NCBI GenBank assembly: GCA_021822495.1
Contig: JAKAQO010000005.1
Span: 42,548 to 106,547, forward strand
DNA from: a bacterium
Lineage (GTDB): Bacteria; Elusimicrobiota; Elusimicrobia; UBA1565; UBA9628
DNA: 64,000 nt
Direction: 5' to 3'
Below, in pieces: positions 27,341 to 37,500 of this stretch (position 1 is the first letter of the stretch; every line of letters begins with the position of its first letter). The notes beneath the pieces were generated by a model that was not told the DNA's origin, ran no database searches, and was given only the letters and a program-made list of their open reading frames with translations. The translations under genes and the position numbers were made by a program.

Positions 27341-28495
27341 CTAACTATTTAAAATCGCCTGCTCCAAATCCGCAGTTAAATCTTCGGCGTCTTCAATGCC
27401 GATGGAGAGGCGAATGAGACCATCGGTGAGGCCGCGCTTGAGCCTTTCTTCCCTGGGGATGGCCGCATGGGTCATGGTGGCGGGATGCCCGATCAGGGAC
27501 TCGACGCCGCCGAGACTTTCGGCTAAGGAAAATACTTTCATTTGAGAGGCCATTTTCTTAGCCGCCTCAAAGCCGGCTTTGAGTTCAAAAGAAATCATCC
27601 CGCCAAAAGCGCGCATCTGTTTTTTGGCCAGCGCATGGCCCGGGTGAGATTCAAGCCCCGGATAATAAACCTTGGAAACCTGGGAATGATTCGAAAGAAA
27701 GCGCGCGATTTTAAGGGCATTCTCCGAATGCCTCTCCATTCTTAAAGCGAGGGTTTTGGTTCCGCGCAAAAGAAGGAAACAATCCATCGGCCCCGGAACG
27801 GCTCCCACCGAATTTTGAATGAATTTAAGCCGTTCATGCCAGGATTTATCCGATGTAATGACCGCGCCTCCCACGACATCGGAATGCCCGCCGATATATT
27901 TAGTGCTCGAATGAACCACCAAATCAGCCCCGAGGCTCAAGGGTTCTTGAAGATAAGGCGTTGCGAAGGTGTTGTCCACCGCGACCGCGACATTTTTTTC
28001 GTGGGCTAGTTTTGAAATTTCAGCGATATCAGTGATATTTAAAAGAGGGTTAGTCGGAGTTTCCAGCCATAAAAGCTTGGTCTTGGGCGTAAGCGCTTGA
28101 GAGACGGCCTCGGCATCCGTCGTATCCACAAAATCAAAAGAAATCCCAAAACGCTCAAACACTTTTGTAAAAACCCGGTAGGTCCCGCCGTAGAGATCGT
28201 TTCCACTCACGACGTGATCGCCGGAGTTGAGCGTGGAAATAACGGCGCTGATGGCGGCCATGCCGCTGGCAAAGCAAAGACCGTAATCTCCGCCTTCCAA
28301 GGCCGCGAGATTTTCTTCAAGAGCCTTTCGGGTCGGGTTTTGAGTCCTGGAATATTCAAAGCCCTTGTGAACCCCCGGGGCTTCCTGGACATAAGTCGAG
28401 GTCAGATAAACCGGGGTCATGACGGCCCCGGTTGAGGGATCCGGCTTTTGACCGGCATGAACGGCGCGGGTTGCGAACTTTCCTTTCGTATTCAT
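27341..28495 (-). CDS. Cys/Met-metabolism PLP-dependent enzyme (cystathionine gamma-synthase/beta-lyase or O-acetylhomoserine sulfhydrylase family)
   Basis: AVHAGQ, the PLP-Lys region VVHSSTKYIGGHSD, and size about 384 aa. Confidence 0.75.
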   Translation of the reverse strand: MNTKGKFATRAVHAGQKPDPSTGAVMTPVYLTSTYVQEAPGVHKGFEYSRTQNPTRKALEENLAALEGGDYGLCFASGMAAISAVISTLNSGDHVVSGNDLYGGTYRVFTKVFERFGISFDFVDTTDAEAVSQALTPKTKLLWLETPTNPLLNITDIAEISKLAHEKNVAVAVDNTFATPYLQEPLSLGADLVVHSSTKYIGGHSDVVGGAVITSDKSWHERLKFIQNSVGAVPGPMDCFLLLRGTKTLALRMERHSENALKIARFLSNHSQVSKVYYPGLESHPGHALAKKQMRAFGGMISFELKAGFEAAKKMASQMKVFSLAESLGGVESLIGHPATMTHAAIPREERLKRGLTDGLIRLSIGIEDAEDLTADLEQAILNS

Positions 28496-28502
28496 GATTG
28501 AT

Positions 28503-28566
28503 AAAAAAAGGGGACAGTCCCCTTTTCTTCCATTCTACAAAAAAAAGGGGACTGTCCCCTTTTTTA
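28503..28566. repeat. REP inverted doublet; cores 28510-28522 and 28547-28559
   Basis: The doublet sits between the mgtA stop and the start of the PLP-enzyme gene. Confidence 0.6.
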
Positions 28567-31212
28567 AGCGTCGGCTTGATGAAGGTTGAGAAAACGCATC
28601 TTGACCTGATGAGCCAGCATCGCATACGCCAAAAGAGTCAAAAGAAGCCAGGGCCAAAAAGCCCAGGGAAGCGGCACAAGGCCGATGTAGGAAGCGATGG
28701 GGGAATACGGAAGAAGGGCCGCGATGGCGGCAATGCCGCCGGTCGTCAAAAAGAGCCCGGGACTGGCCCAACTTTGAATAAAGGGAATATGGCGAGTTCG
28801 AATAATATGAACCACCAAGGTCTGAGTAATCAAGGATTCCACAAACCATCCCGTATGAAACAGGCGTTCTAAATATTCCTTAGTCGCCTGCGGGGTTCCG
28901 GGAACGGAAAAAAGGTGACAACCAAAAAACCACATCATCAAGGCAAAAGTCGTGTAATCAAAAAGAGAACTCACCGGTCCTAACCACAGCATGAATTTTT
29001 TAATGAGCGAAATATCCCATTTTCGGGGTTTTTTCAAATAATCCTCATCCACGCGGTCAAAAGGAATTCCGACCTGGGAAAAATCATAAAGAAGATTGTT
29101 GACAAGGATTTGAATGGGTTCCATGGGAAGAAAGGGGAGAAGATAAATCGCTCCCAGCATGCTAAACATATTCCCAAAGTTAGAGCTTGCCCCCATGCGG
29201 ATGTATTTGATGATGTTTCCAAAAACCTTCCGGCCTTCAATGATCCCATCGTCCAAGACCATGAGGCTTTTTTCAAGCAAAACGATGTGGGCCGATTCCT
29301 TGGCGACGTCTGAAGCGGTGTCGACCGAAATTCCCACGTCCGCGCTTTTAAGGGCGGAAGCGTCGTTAATTCCGTCGCCTAAAAAGCCGACTACATGTCC
29401 ATTCTCTCTTAAGGTCGTGATGATTTCTTCTTTTTGAGTCGGAGACAAGCGGGCGAAAACTGAATGTTTTAAAACCATCTCCTTAAATTCCTGGGGTTCC
29501 ATTTTTTGAAGAACGTCTCCCGTCATAATTTCAGAAACCTCAAGCCCGACGTCCTTGCAGACTTTTTTGGTCACGAGAGAATTGTCTCCGGTCAGAACCT
29601 TAACCGCGACCCCGGCCCGGTTGAGAGCCTCAATGGCGACCGCGGCCGAATCTTTCGGCGGATCAAAGAAGGCGATATATCCCAAGAGAATCAAATCTTT
29701 CTCGTCAGCGGATGAGAAATTTTCCTTGGCGGTGGAAAAATCTCGGTAGGCGACGGCCAAAACGCGGTAGCCGTCCGCGCTGAGGCTTTCATACTCCTCC
29801 AACAAATCGCGCTTGAGCATATCGATTAGAGGATAAACGGCGTCATCGACTTGATAGCGGTTGCAAACGCTAAAAATTTCTTCGACCGCGCCCTTGCAGA
29901 TAAGAACGTGATCTCCCTCGTAATCGATAACCACCGACATTCTCCGGCGCACGAAATCAAAGGGAATTTCATCTACTTTTCGGCAGCTACGCTCAACATC
30001 TAAATCCGAGTGGGCCAAAATCGCCTTGTCGAGCAGATTGCGAAGCCCGGTCTGATAAAAGCTGTTCATGTAGGCGTATCTTAAGACGTCGTCTGATTCG
30101 CGATTAGTAACATCCACATGTTTTTCAAGAATAATGCGGTCTTGAGTTAAAGTCCCCGTCTTGTCGGTGCAGAGAACATCCATCGCGCCCAGATTTTGGA
30201 TGGAGCTTAAGCGTTTGACGATGACTTTTTTTGAGGACATCATTAAAGCGCCCTTGGACAAATTGACGGTGACAATCATCGGAAGCATTTCAGGAGTAAG
30301 TCCCACGGCGACGGCCAGCCCAAACATCAAGGCGTCCAACCATCCGCCGCGGGTAATTCCAACCAGGAAAAAAACGACCGCGACCATCACGATCATGAAG
30401 CGAATCATCAGCCAGGTAAAATCCGATATGCCGCGGTCAAAGCTGGTCAAAACTTTTTGCGCGCCCAATTTTTTGGATATTTCGCCAAAATAAGTTTTTC
30501 CTCCGGTCACGACCACAACGCCCTTGGCGCTGCCGCTAAGAACATTCGAGCCCTGAAAGCAAAGGTTTCCCAACTCAAGGCTGGTCTTGCCCGCCGAATC
30601 ACAAGGCAAGGTATTTTTTTCAACCGGCATCGATTCGCCGGTCAAGGCCGCCTGGCTGACGAAAAAATCCTTGGCGGAGACGAGCCTCAAATCGGCCGGG
30701 ATAATCGAACCCGCGGCCAAAACGACAACGTCTCCGGGGACCAGGTTTTCTGGGGGAATGGAATGTTCCTGCCCGTTTCTCAAAATAAGGCAAGTGGTCT
30801 TCACCATCGCGATCAGTTTTTCGACCGCGTTATTGGAACGAGTTTCCTGGACATAGGACAAAATGACGCTCAAAAAAAGCATTCCAAAAACGACTACGGC
30901 GGACCTCAAGTCTCCCATGAAAAGAGAAATGGCGGCAATAACCGTTAGCTGGATAATGAGAGGATTTTTAAAACGCGCGAGAAAATCAAGAACTAAATTT
31001 TTTTTCCGGGGGTCTTGCGCGAGATTGGGTCCAAAAAATTCGAGACGTTTTTGCGCCTCTTCTTCCGTCAGACCTTGTTCGCTGGAATTAATTTGGTTTA
31101 AAAACTCAGGCGCCGGAAGAGAGGCCGCCTCCGCAAGCGATGGATAATGTGGAAGAGCCTCTTGTTCCGCATTTAACATTTGGGAACTTTCGCTTATTTC
31201 CAATGAATTCAT
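28564..31212 (-). CDS. mgtA: Magnesium-importing P-type ATPase (MgtA/MgtB family)
   Basis: The P-type ATPase motifs are present: the phosphorylation site CTDKTGTLT, TGDN, and GDGINDASAL. The long N-terminus matches the MgtA type. Confidence 0.8.
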   Translation of the reverse strand: MNSLEISESSQMLNAEQEALPHYPSLAEAASLPAPEFLNQINSSEQGLTEEEAQKRLEFFGPNLAQDPRKKNLVLDFLARFKNPLIIQLTVIAAISLFMGDLRSAVVVFGMLFLSVILSYVQETRSNNAVEKLIAMVKTTCLILRNGQEHSIPPENLVPGDVVVLAAGSIIPADLRLVSAKDFFVSQAALTGESMPVEKNTLPCDSAGKTSLELGNLCFQGSNVLSGSAKGVVVVTGGKTYFGEISKKLGAQKVLTSFDRGISDFTWLMIRFMIVMVAVVFFLVGITRGGWLDALMFGLAVAVGLTPEMLPMIVTVNLSKGALMMSSKKVIVKRLSSIQNLGAMDVLCTDKTGTLTQDRIILEKHVDVTNRESDDVLRYAYMNSFYQTGLRNLLDKAILAHSDLDVERSCRKVDEIPFDFVRRRMSVVIDYEGDHVLICKGAVEEIFSVCNRYQVDDAVYPLIDMLKRDLLEEYESLSADGYRVLAVAYRDFSTAKENFSSADEKDLILLGYIAFFDPPKDSAAVAIEALNRAGVAVKVLTGDNSLVTKKVCKDVGLEVSEIMTGDVLQKMEPQEFKEMVLKHSVFARLSPTQKEEIITTLRENGHVVGFLGDGINDASALKSADVGISVDTASDVAKESAHIVLLEKSLMVLDDGIIEGRKVFGNIIKYIRMGASSNFGNMFSMLGAIYLLPFLPMEPIQILVNNLLYDFSQVGIPFDRVDEDYLKKPRKWDISLIKKFMLWLGPVSSLFDYTTFALMMWFFGCHLFSVPGTPQATKEYLERLFHTGWFVESLITQTLVVHIIRTRHIPFIQSWASPGLFLTTGGIAAIAALLPYSPIASYIGLVPLPWAFWPWLLLTLLAYAMLAHQVKMRFLNLHQADA

Positions 31213-31237
31213 CGCTCATTAGCTTAGCAAAATAATT

Positions 31238-31249
31238 GGGGACTGTCCC
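31238..31249. repeat. Degenerate solitary REP core (GGGGACTGTCCC) without A/T tracts, in the divergent region between mgtA and the 31256 gene
   Basis: A 12/13 match to the REP core. Confidence 0.4.
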
Positions 31250-31255
31250 TGATTA

Positions 31256-32233
31256 TTGATAGAATTACCTAGCATGACGAAAGAACAGAAGACCTCTTAT
31301 ATCCTTTTTGGACTGTGGGCCGCGCTGATTGTTTGGCTTCAACTGGGAGCGGCATTGCTGGCGGGTCTCATTTCCCTGATGATTTTGGAAGCCGCCAAGA
31401 AACCTTGGTCAAAAAAGTTGGGAGAGACCTCTTCTAAAACCCTGGCTTTATTTATTTTTATCGTCATTTCCCTGGCCTTTTTCTGGGTGCTGGCCGCTTT
31501 CGTGCGCCTGGCCGCCATTCGCGCTCCCATGATTGCGTCCCTCTTTATTCCAAAGATTAAAGCCTTGGCGGATTACTGGGGGATTTCTCTCCCGTTTGAC
31601 AACCTTGACGACATTCGCGCCTTGATCGCCAATTCCGCGAAAGACAATCTCAGGCAGATTACCCATGCCAGTTCTCTTCTTACGAAAGGTTTTCTCCAAA
31701 TCGCTCTTTCAATTTTCGCCGCCATCGCGGCCTTTTGGAGAAATCCAAATAAAGAATCGTCCCACGCCACGTTTAACGACAAGCTCCGCGCGGAAATGTC
31801 CAAGCGAATGGAACTCTTCATGGACGGTTTTAAAAGAGCCTTCGGAGCGCAATTTACGATTTCCCTCATCAACACCGGGCTGGTTTCTTTTTTACTTTTA
31901 ATTCTCCAAATTCCTTACATCCGTTTTTTAATGACGGCAACTTTCGTTTTGGGGCTTTTACCCGTCATTGGAGGCGCGATCACCAACGCCGCGATTTTAG
32001 CGGCAGCCTTGACTGTTTCAACCCGAACCGCGATTTTAGCCTTGATCTCTCTCTTGGTTTTACATCACGCGCAGTATCCCATCCAAGGCCAAGTTCTCGG
32101 CGAACAAATGAAGGTTCCCGCTTGGGAAATTCTCGTGGGTCTAATTTTAGGAGAAGCGATTTTGGGAGTCGCCGGAATGGTTTTGGCTCCGGCTTTGGTT
32201 TTTTATCTTCACTCGGAGTTAAGCCAGTCGTAA
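31256..32233 (+). CDS. Polytopic membrane protein, possibly an AI-2E/PerM-like transporter
   Basis: Eight or more TM helices. The family assignment is weak. Confidence 0.3.
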   Translation: MIELPSMTKEQKTSYILFGLWAALIVWLQLGAALLAGLISLMILEAAKKPWSKKLGETSSKTLALFIFIVISLAFFWVLAAFVRLAAIRAPMIASLFIPKIKALADYWGISLPFDNLDDIRALIANSAKDNLRQITHASSLLTKGFLQIALSIFAAIAAFWRNPNKESSHATFNDKLRAEMSKRMELFMDGFKRAFGAQFTISLINTGLVSFLLLILQIPYIRFLMTATFVLGLLPVIGGAITNAAILAAALTVSTRTAILALISLLVLHHAQYPIQGQVLGEQMKVPAWEILVGLILGEAILGVAGMVLAPALVFYLHSELSQS

Positions 32234-32260
32234 AAAAGGGGACTGTCCCCTTTTTTAGTT
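32233..32260. terminator. REP (core 32238-32250) between convergent genes
   Basis: taAAAAAGGGGACTGTCCCCTTTTTT directly follows the TAA. Confidence 0.55.
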
Positions 32261-32848
32261 GCCGCGGAGAAAAAGCTTGATCATCTCCGCTCCCGCGTAA
32301 AAATAAAGCTCGCAGCGAATGGTAAAATCAGATTTAGACATTACGACATTGGAGACCACCAGCAAATTAGCGCCGTCGACTTTCTTGAATCCCTGTTCAA
32401 TAAGGTTTCGGCGATTTCCCTCCGATATCTCCGGCACGGACAAGATTAGAAGAGTCGAAAATAATTCCCCCAACTCCCCGCAAAAGCCGTGCGCGACGAT
32501 GTTCGATATCTCCTTGACCACGTCCTGGGGGGGAAACTGAGCGCTTGCGCCCACCTGCCGGTAATTTTTGCTCCAAGCCTGCCCTAGCAAAGCGACGCTG
32601 TCAGGAGACATAATCATATGGACGCCCAGGGGAATCCCATCTTGAAGGGGAAGATACGCCGACCAATACGGCTTGTCAGATTCCGGAAAAGTTGAAAAAA
32701 GCGGGGTCGCGAAATTGTGATAAATGGAGGAAGCCGTACATTTCCAGGGTTCTTGGCTTAATTTAGAAAGGTAATCCGCTGTTTTTTGCGCGCCCATATC
32801 CAAGGCGCTTAAAAGCAACTTCTGTTCTCTTGCCGAGAGAGCGTCCAT
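32255..32848 (-). CDS. CheC/CheX/FliY-family CheY-P phosphatase-like protein
   Basis: It contains the phosphatase consensus E-x2-N-x22-P: EISNIVAHGFCGELGELFSTLLILSVP. Confidence 0.55.
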   Translation of the reverse strand: MDALSAREQKLLLSALDMGAQKTADYLSKLSQEPWKCTASSIYHNFATPLFSTFPESDKPYWSAYLPLQDGIPLGVHMIMSPDSVALLGQAWSKNYRQVGASAQFPPQDVVKEISNIVAHGFCGELGELFSTLLILSVPEISEGNRRNLIEQGFKKVDGANLLVVSNVVMSKSDFTIRCELYFYAGAEMIKLFLRGN

Positions 32849-32851
32849 GAC

Positions 32852-33214
32852 TTAAGGGAAAACTTGCGCCAAAGCGGCCTTAATATCATCAACCACAAAG
32901 GGTTTGAGCAAAATTCCTGAAGCTCCCATTAACAAGGCCTGCTTTTGGAGCATTTTTTGATCATTGGCGGTCACGATCAAAATTTTTGCTTGGGGATGTT
33001 TGAGCCGCAATTCTTTTAGAACGAAAAGACCGTCCATATCTGGAAGGGAAATATCCAGGGTCATTAAATCCGGGTTGTGCTTGGCGTAATTGGCGATGGC
33101 GTCTTTGCCATTTTCGGCAAAGCCGACCACCGTGTGCCCCAAGCCTTCAAGAGTCGTAGTTAATAGGTCTCGCATCATCGGCAAGTCTTCGACGACGAAA
33201 ATATTTTTTCCCAT
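32852..33214 (-). CDS. CheY-like single-domain response regulator
   Basis: VVEDLP, the phospho-Asp context LMTLDISLPDMDG, T in LIVTAN, and K in LLKPF. Confidence 0.75.
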   Translation of the reverse strand: MGKNIFVVEDLPMMRDLLTTTLEGLGHTVVGFAENGKDAIANYAKHNPDLMTLDISLPDMDGLFVLKELRLKHPQAKILIVTANDQKMLQKQALLMGASGILLKPFVVDDIKAALAQVFP

Positions 33215-33273
33215 GACTTTTTCTTTTTGATTTCCTCTCTGAACGCCTTATTCTATGCAAAACCCCGCGAAAG

Positions 33274-33651
33274 TCAAGCGTTCAAACGGCGTTCCAGCGC
33301 CTTGACCCGCGCCAGAAGAACTTCTCGTTCAAAGGGCTTGGTCACGTATTCATCCGCGCCCCGGTTGTATCCGCGAATTTGCTCGACAAGCAAAGCCCGG
33401 ACGGTCAGCATGAGAATCGGCAATTGGGCAAAACGAGGATCTGTGCGAATGCGCTCGGTGAGTTGAAGTCCGTCAAGCCTCGGCATATTAAGGTCAAATA
33501 TTCCCATGTCAATTTTATTTTTTTCCAGCTTTTCCCAGCCTTCCTGGCCGTCCACGGCCTCGACCACCTCATAGCCGTCTTCTTCAAGCATCATGCGAAG
33601 GATGTCCCGCACGCTCGCATCGTCATCCGCGATTAGAATTTTTTTAGCCAT
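33274..33651 (-). CDS. Single-domain receiver (CheY-like) response regulator
   Basis: ILIADDD, GIFDLNMPRLDG and VTKPF. Confidence 0.75.
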   Translation of the reverse strand: MAKKILIADDDASVRDILRMMLEEDGYEVVEAVDGQEGWEKLEKNKIDMGIFDLNMPRLDGLQLTERIRTDPRFAQLPILMLTVRALLVEQIRGYNRGADEYVTKPFEREVLLARVKALERRLNA

Positions 33652-33653
33652 CG

Positions 33654-34346
33654 CTATTTTTTCCTCCGCTGGATGACATTGGCGCTGTCCAACTCCCAGA
33701 CATAACCAATGCCGTGAACGGTCTTGATATAGAAGCCTGATTCCCCCAGCTTTTTACGCAGGGCCTCGATATGTTTGTCAACGGTCGAGGCTTGAACGCT
33801 ATCGGAGTCAGAACGAATCATCTGAAGGAGAGTTCTTCTTTCCAAGGCAACCCCGGGGCGTTCCAGGATAAACGCGAGGAGATCAAACTCCGTTTTCGTC
33901 AAATCGAGGGGTTTTTGATTTAAAACCGCAATTCGCCCCAGGCGGTCGATTTCGATTTTTCCGTCTTGAGATTTCAGCGTTCCAACAGCTTCCGGTTTAA
34001 CGAAGCGTCGAAACACCGCCTCAAGCTTAGCCGACAAAAGCTCTCCCGGCATATCCGGAGAAACCACGTCATCGGCCCCGGCGTTTAAAAGTTCGATGAG
34101 GCGCGCCGCATTTTGAAGACGGGAAGAAACTAAAAGAGAAAGCCGTGTTTCTTTCTCCCGAATAAGGTTTAAGCTTTGGGCATCGGGCAAAATTGATTCG
34201 AAGATAATGACGGTTCCCGGGGGCTTCGGCAAAAGGGCCAAAGCGCTTTTAAAATCCGTGCTTCTTAAAACTTTCCAGCCCCGGAGTAAAAATGCCTCCT
34301 CCCAGTTTTTTCCCAGCAATTCCGGCCCCGCGATTAGGATTTCCAT
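33654..34346 (-). CDS. OmpR-family winged-helix regulator with a degenerate (pseudo-)receiver domain
   Basis: The C-terminal trans_reg_C domain is intact (LTKTEFDLLAFILERPG...HGIGYVWE). In the N-terminal receiver, the acidic pocket is replaced (ILIAGPE instead of DD), the phospho-acceptor position is Glu (IIFESILPD), and the conserved Lys is absent. Confidence 0.55.
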   Translation of the reverse strand: MEILIAGPELLGKNWEEAFLLRGWKVLRSTDFKSALALLPKPPGTVIIFESILPDAQSLNLIREKETRLSLLVSSRLQNAARLIELLNAGADDVVSPDMPGELLSAKLEAVFRRFVKPEAVGTLKSQDGKIEIDRLGRIAVLNQKPLDLTKTEFDLLAFILERPGVALERRTLLQMIRSDSDSVQASTVDKHIEALRKKLGESGFYIKTVHGIGYVWELDSANVIQRRKK

Positions 34347-34372
34347 TTATTTAAATTAATCTAGCAAATTGC

Positions 34373-34497
34373 GGAAGAAAAAAAAGGGGACAGTCCCCTT
34401 TTCCTCATAAACTTAAGGTCGGGGACAGTGCCGTCCCTAAGAATTATGAAGAAGAGGCACAGTCCCCTTTTTTCTTCGTTATTTCTTCGTGATTGAT
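34373..34497. repeat. Composite 120-bp REP-containing leader element (copy 1), near-identical to 47086-47210
   Basis: Three REP-like cores (34386-34398; the variant GGGGACAGTGCCGTCCC at 34421-34437; GGCACAGTCCCC at 34456-34467) plus conserved flanks TTCTTCGTYATTTCTTCRTGATT. Confidence 0.6.
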
Positions 34498-34524
34498 CCC
34501 GGCATTTAGACTACACTCTTAAGG

Positions 34525-37500
34525 ATGCGAAAAAAGAACATTTGTGAACTCGTCTCCGAAGGCGCCCAACAAAAACGTTCCCAAAAATTAGGAAGATGGG
34601 GACTCTCCCTAACTCTCCTCATTTTTCTCGCCGCCCAAGCAAAAGCACAGGTGCAAAATATTATCTCGACGCCGACCTATCCAGCCAACGGCTCTTATTT
34701 TAATCTGCAAAACCAAACGCCGAACTTTAACTGGTTCGGCCCTTCCACAACGACAATTCAATTAGCGACTTCTCCTGTTTACAATCTTCAGGTCGGCACT
34801 GACCCCACCTTTGCCGCCGGCCTTGTTATTAACGTGCAAATTGCCGCCGTGATCCCAAGCACCGGCCTCCCAAACGCTTATGGCTCCTACCTGTCTGGAA
34901 CTTCTCTAACCAATAACACCACTTATTATTGGCGCGTCTATGCGACAGATAGCTCCGGAGGCGAAAGTATGTCTTGGAGCACATTTAGCTTTGTGACTGA
35001 TTTTGCCCCTGATTCTAACCTTTCAGCATCTTACTCGGGAACGTTGAACTCTTTAGGACAGACTACTCCAGAAAACCAGTTTGTTTCTTTATCCAATGGC
35101 GCGACATCTCAATTATCCGTTTCGGCTTCATTCAGTGGGATTGCGGTTTCAAGCTCCGCCGTACCGTTAACCGGGGATAGCGCTAGTTTTACACAAGGAA
35201 CCAGCGGCTACGGTGTCCTCTATTCGACCAATTCCGGCACGACCTGGGAGGATTACTCCTCATTAGGCATAAATGTTCCAGCAGCTGGCGGTGGAGCTAC
35301 GATCTGGAATTTAGCTGTTTTTAACGGTTTTCTCTACGCTGGTCTAAGCAACGGTTCTATCATTCACACAAATAATGGAACGAGTTGGAATACGGATTAT
35401 ACTGGTTCAAATTATGGAATTGGTGGTTTTACCATATATAAAAACACTCTTTACGCCTCAAACCACGACGGTAGTAATGCGTATATGGTCTCAATTACCA
35501 ACGCTGGAACGGTCAACCGAGCCACTGTATTCAACTCTGGAGCGGGTGTGAGTAAACCAGTCGTTCTTAATAATACTCTTTTCGTCGAAGCTTCTTATAC
35601 TGGAATCCCCGCAGGAGATCCTGGAGCTGGCAACGCTGGAGGCGGAATTTTTGCGTCACAAGACGGCATCCATTGGGTTCAAACGTCCGGTGTTGGCGTA
35701 TGTAGCGACAACTTTGACCAGCTTTTTACATTTAATGGAGAGCTTTATGCAAATGTACAATCAGGGGGTTTTGGATGCAGCGGGTTATTCGTAAGCCCAG
35801 ATGGGGTCAATTGGACAACAATTGACAATCAAAGCGTTCCAGGAACTGTTAATACCGCCACAGTTTTTAATGGAAAACTTTATATTGGAGTAAACAATGG
35901 AGGCTCAAACCCGCTCCTCTATTCATCCACTAATGGGCAAAGCTGGTCAGCGGACAATGGAACACTGACCCAACCTTCCTTGGGGGGCAGTGTCAACGAT
36001 CTTAATGTGGTCAATGGCAAGCTTTACGCCGGTATTTCCACGACCACTGCCAGAATATATGTGACCGAGGATGGAAACAACTGGTTTCCATCAATTTCAG
36101 GCGGCACAGGACAAACAGGAGCAGGAGCGCCCGTTTATTTTAATGGGAATTTTTATGCCGCCGCTGGTCCCGATATCATCACCATCTCGCCCTTTAGCGC
36201 CTCTCTACCTGGTTCTAATGGAGAGCCTTCTGGAACGCTTTCTGCCGTCAGTCCGCAACTTGCCGCTTCAACCACGACAACTACTTGCGGCGGAGTGTCT
36301 CCTTGCAACGCAACCAACCAAGTCATATTTACCGCAAGCGATATGGCAGGAAACACCCTCATGTCTGGTCCTTATGCTATTTTAGTTGACACCGAGGTCG
36401 GGGTCGCCATTTCAACGCCCAGCTATCCGGGAACGCCGACAGTGGGACAGTCTCCTCCGGGGACAGTCCCTTACGTGAACGTTCAGCCCAATTTCGACTG
36501 GATTGGGCCTTCAACCGGGGTCGCTTCGGCTTTGCAGCAGCCCGCCAATTTTTTTCTTGAGGTCTCATCCAACGATCCAACTTTTTCGCCTTCTAATATT
36601 GTGATTAGCACCTCGACTCCGGTCGTCGTTTATTCCACCAATGTCCCCACCGCCAACGGAGCCTACCTTTCGCCTTACGTGCTGGGAAATAACACCACTT
36701 ACTATTGGCGCATCTATATAAAGGATAATCTGGGCGGAACCAGCCCCACATCCCCAACCTATAAATTTATCACGGATTTTGCTCAACCCGCAGTGTCCAC
36801 CTCCAGCTTTCAGAGCATCAATGCCCAAAGCTCGCTCTTACCGGAAAATCAGTTTAACGATCTCGCTTCGGGCGTCACCGCCCAAATTACGGTCCAAGAT
36901 ACTAATTCAGGCCTTGCCGTTTCGACCAGCGCGCTTTCTTTCGCGGGGGATGGACATGATGACCCTCCAATAACCTCGGGGTTTGGAATTATCTATTCCA
37001 CAAATGCCGGGTTCTCATGGATAGTGCAGTCCACCTCCGCTGAAGCCAACAACGGCAGCGCGGTGGGAACGGGAATTCGCTCATTAGCTGTATTTAATGG
37101 GGATATCTACGCTGGGGATTACAGCGGTCATGTCTATTACAGCGCCGACGGCAACACCTGGAGCGCGGGAACTCCCGGGACAAACCCCATTCAATCTTTA
37201 AGCGTCTTCAATGGAATCTTATACGCCGGAGACGGCGGAGGATATATTTACTCAAGTTCAAACGGCAGCACTTGGAGTACAACTAATGGCGGCTCTGCCG
37301 TTGGGGCAGGCATACTCGCAATGACCGTCTTTAACGGACAACTTTATGCCGGAGATAATTTTGCCCGCGTTTTTGTCATGGATGCAAGTGGAAATTGGCA
37401 TAACGTAGACGGCGGAACTGTTGGAACGAGTTCCATTGAATCCTTGGCCGCGTTCAACGGCCAACTCTATGCCGGAGATTATTATGGAAATATCTATGCC

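Noticed and set aside
31213-31255. A Mg2+ (M-box) riboswitch upstream of mgtA.
   Set aside because: Only 43 bp separate the mgtA start from the divergent gene, which is too short for an M-box, and no conserved M-box helices are visible.
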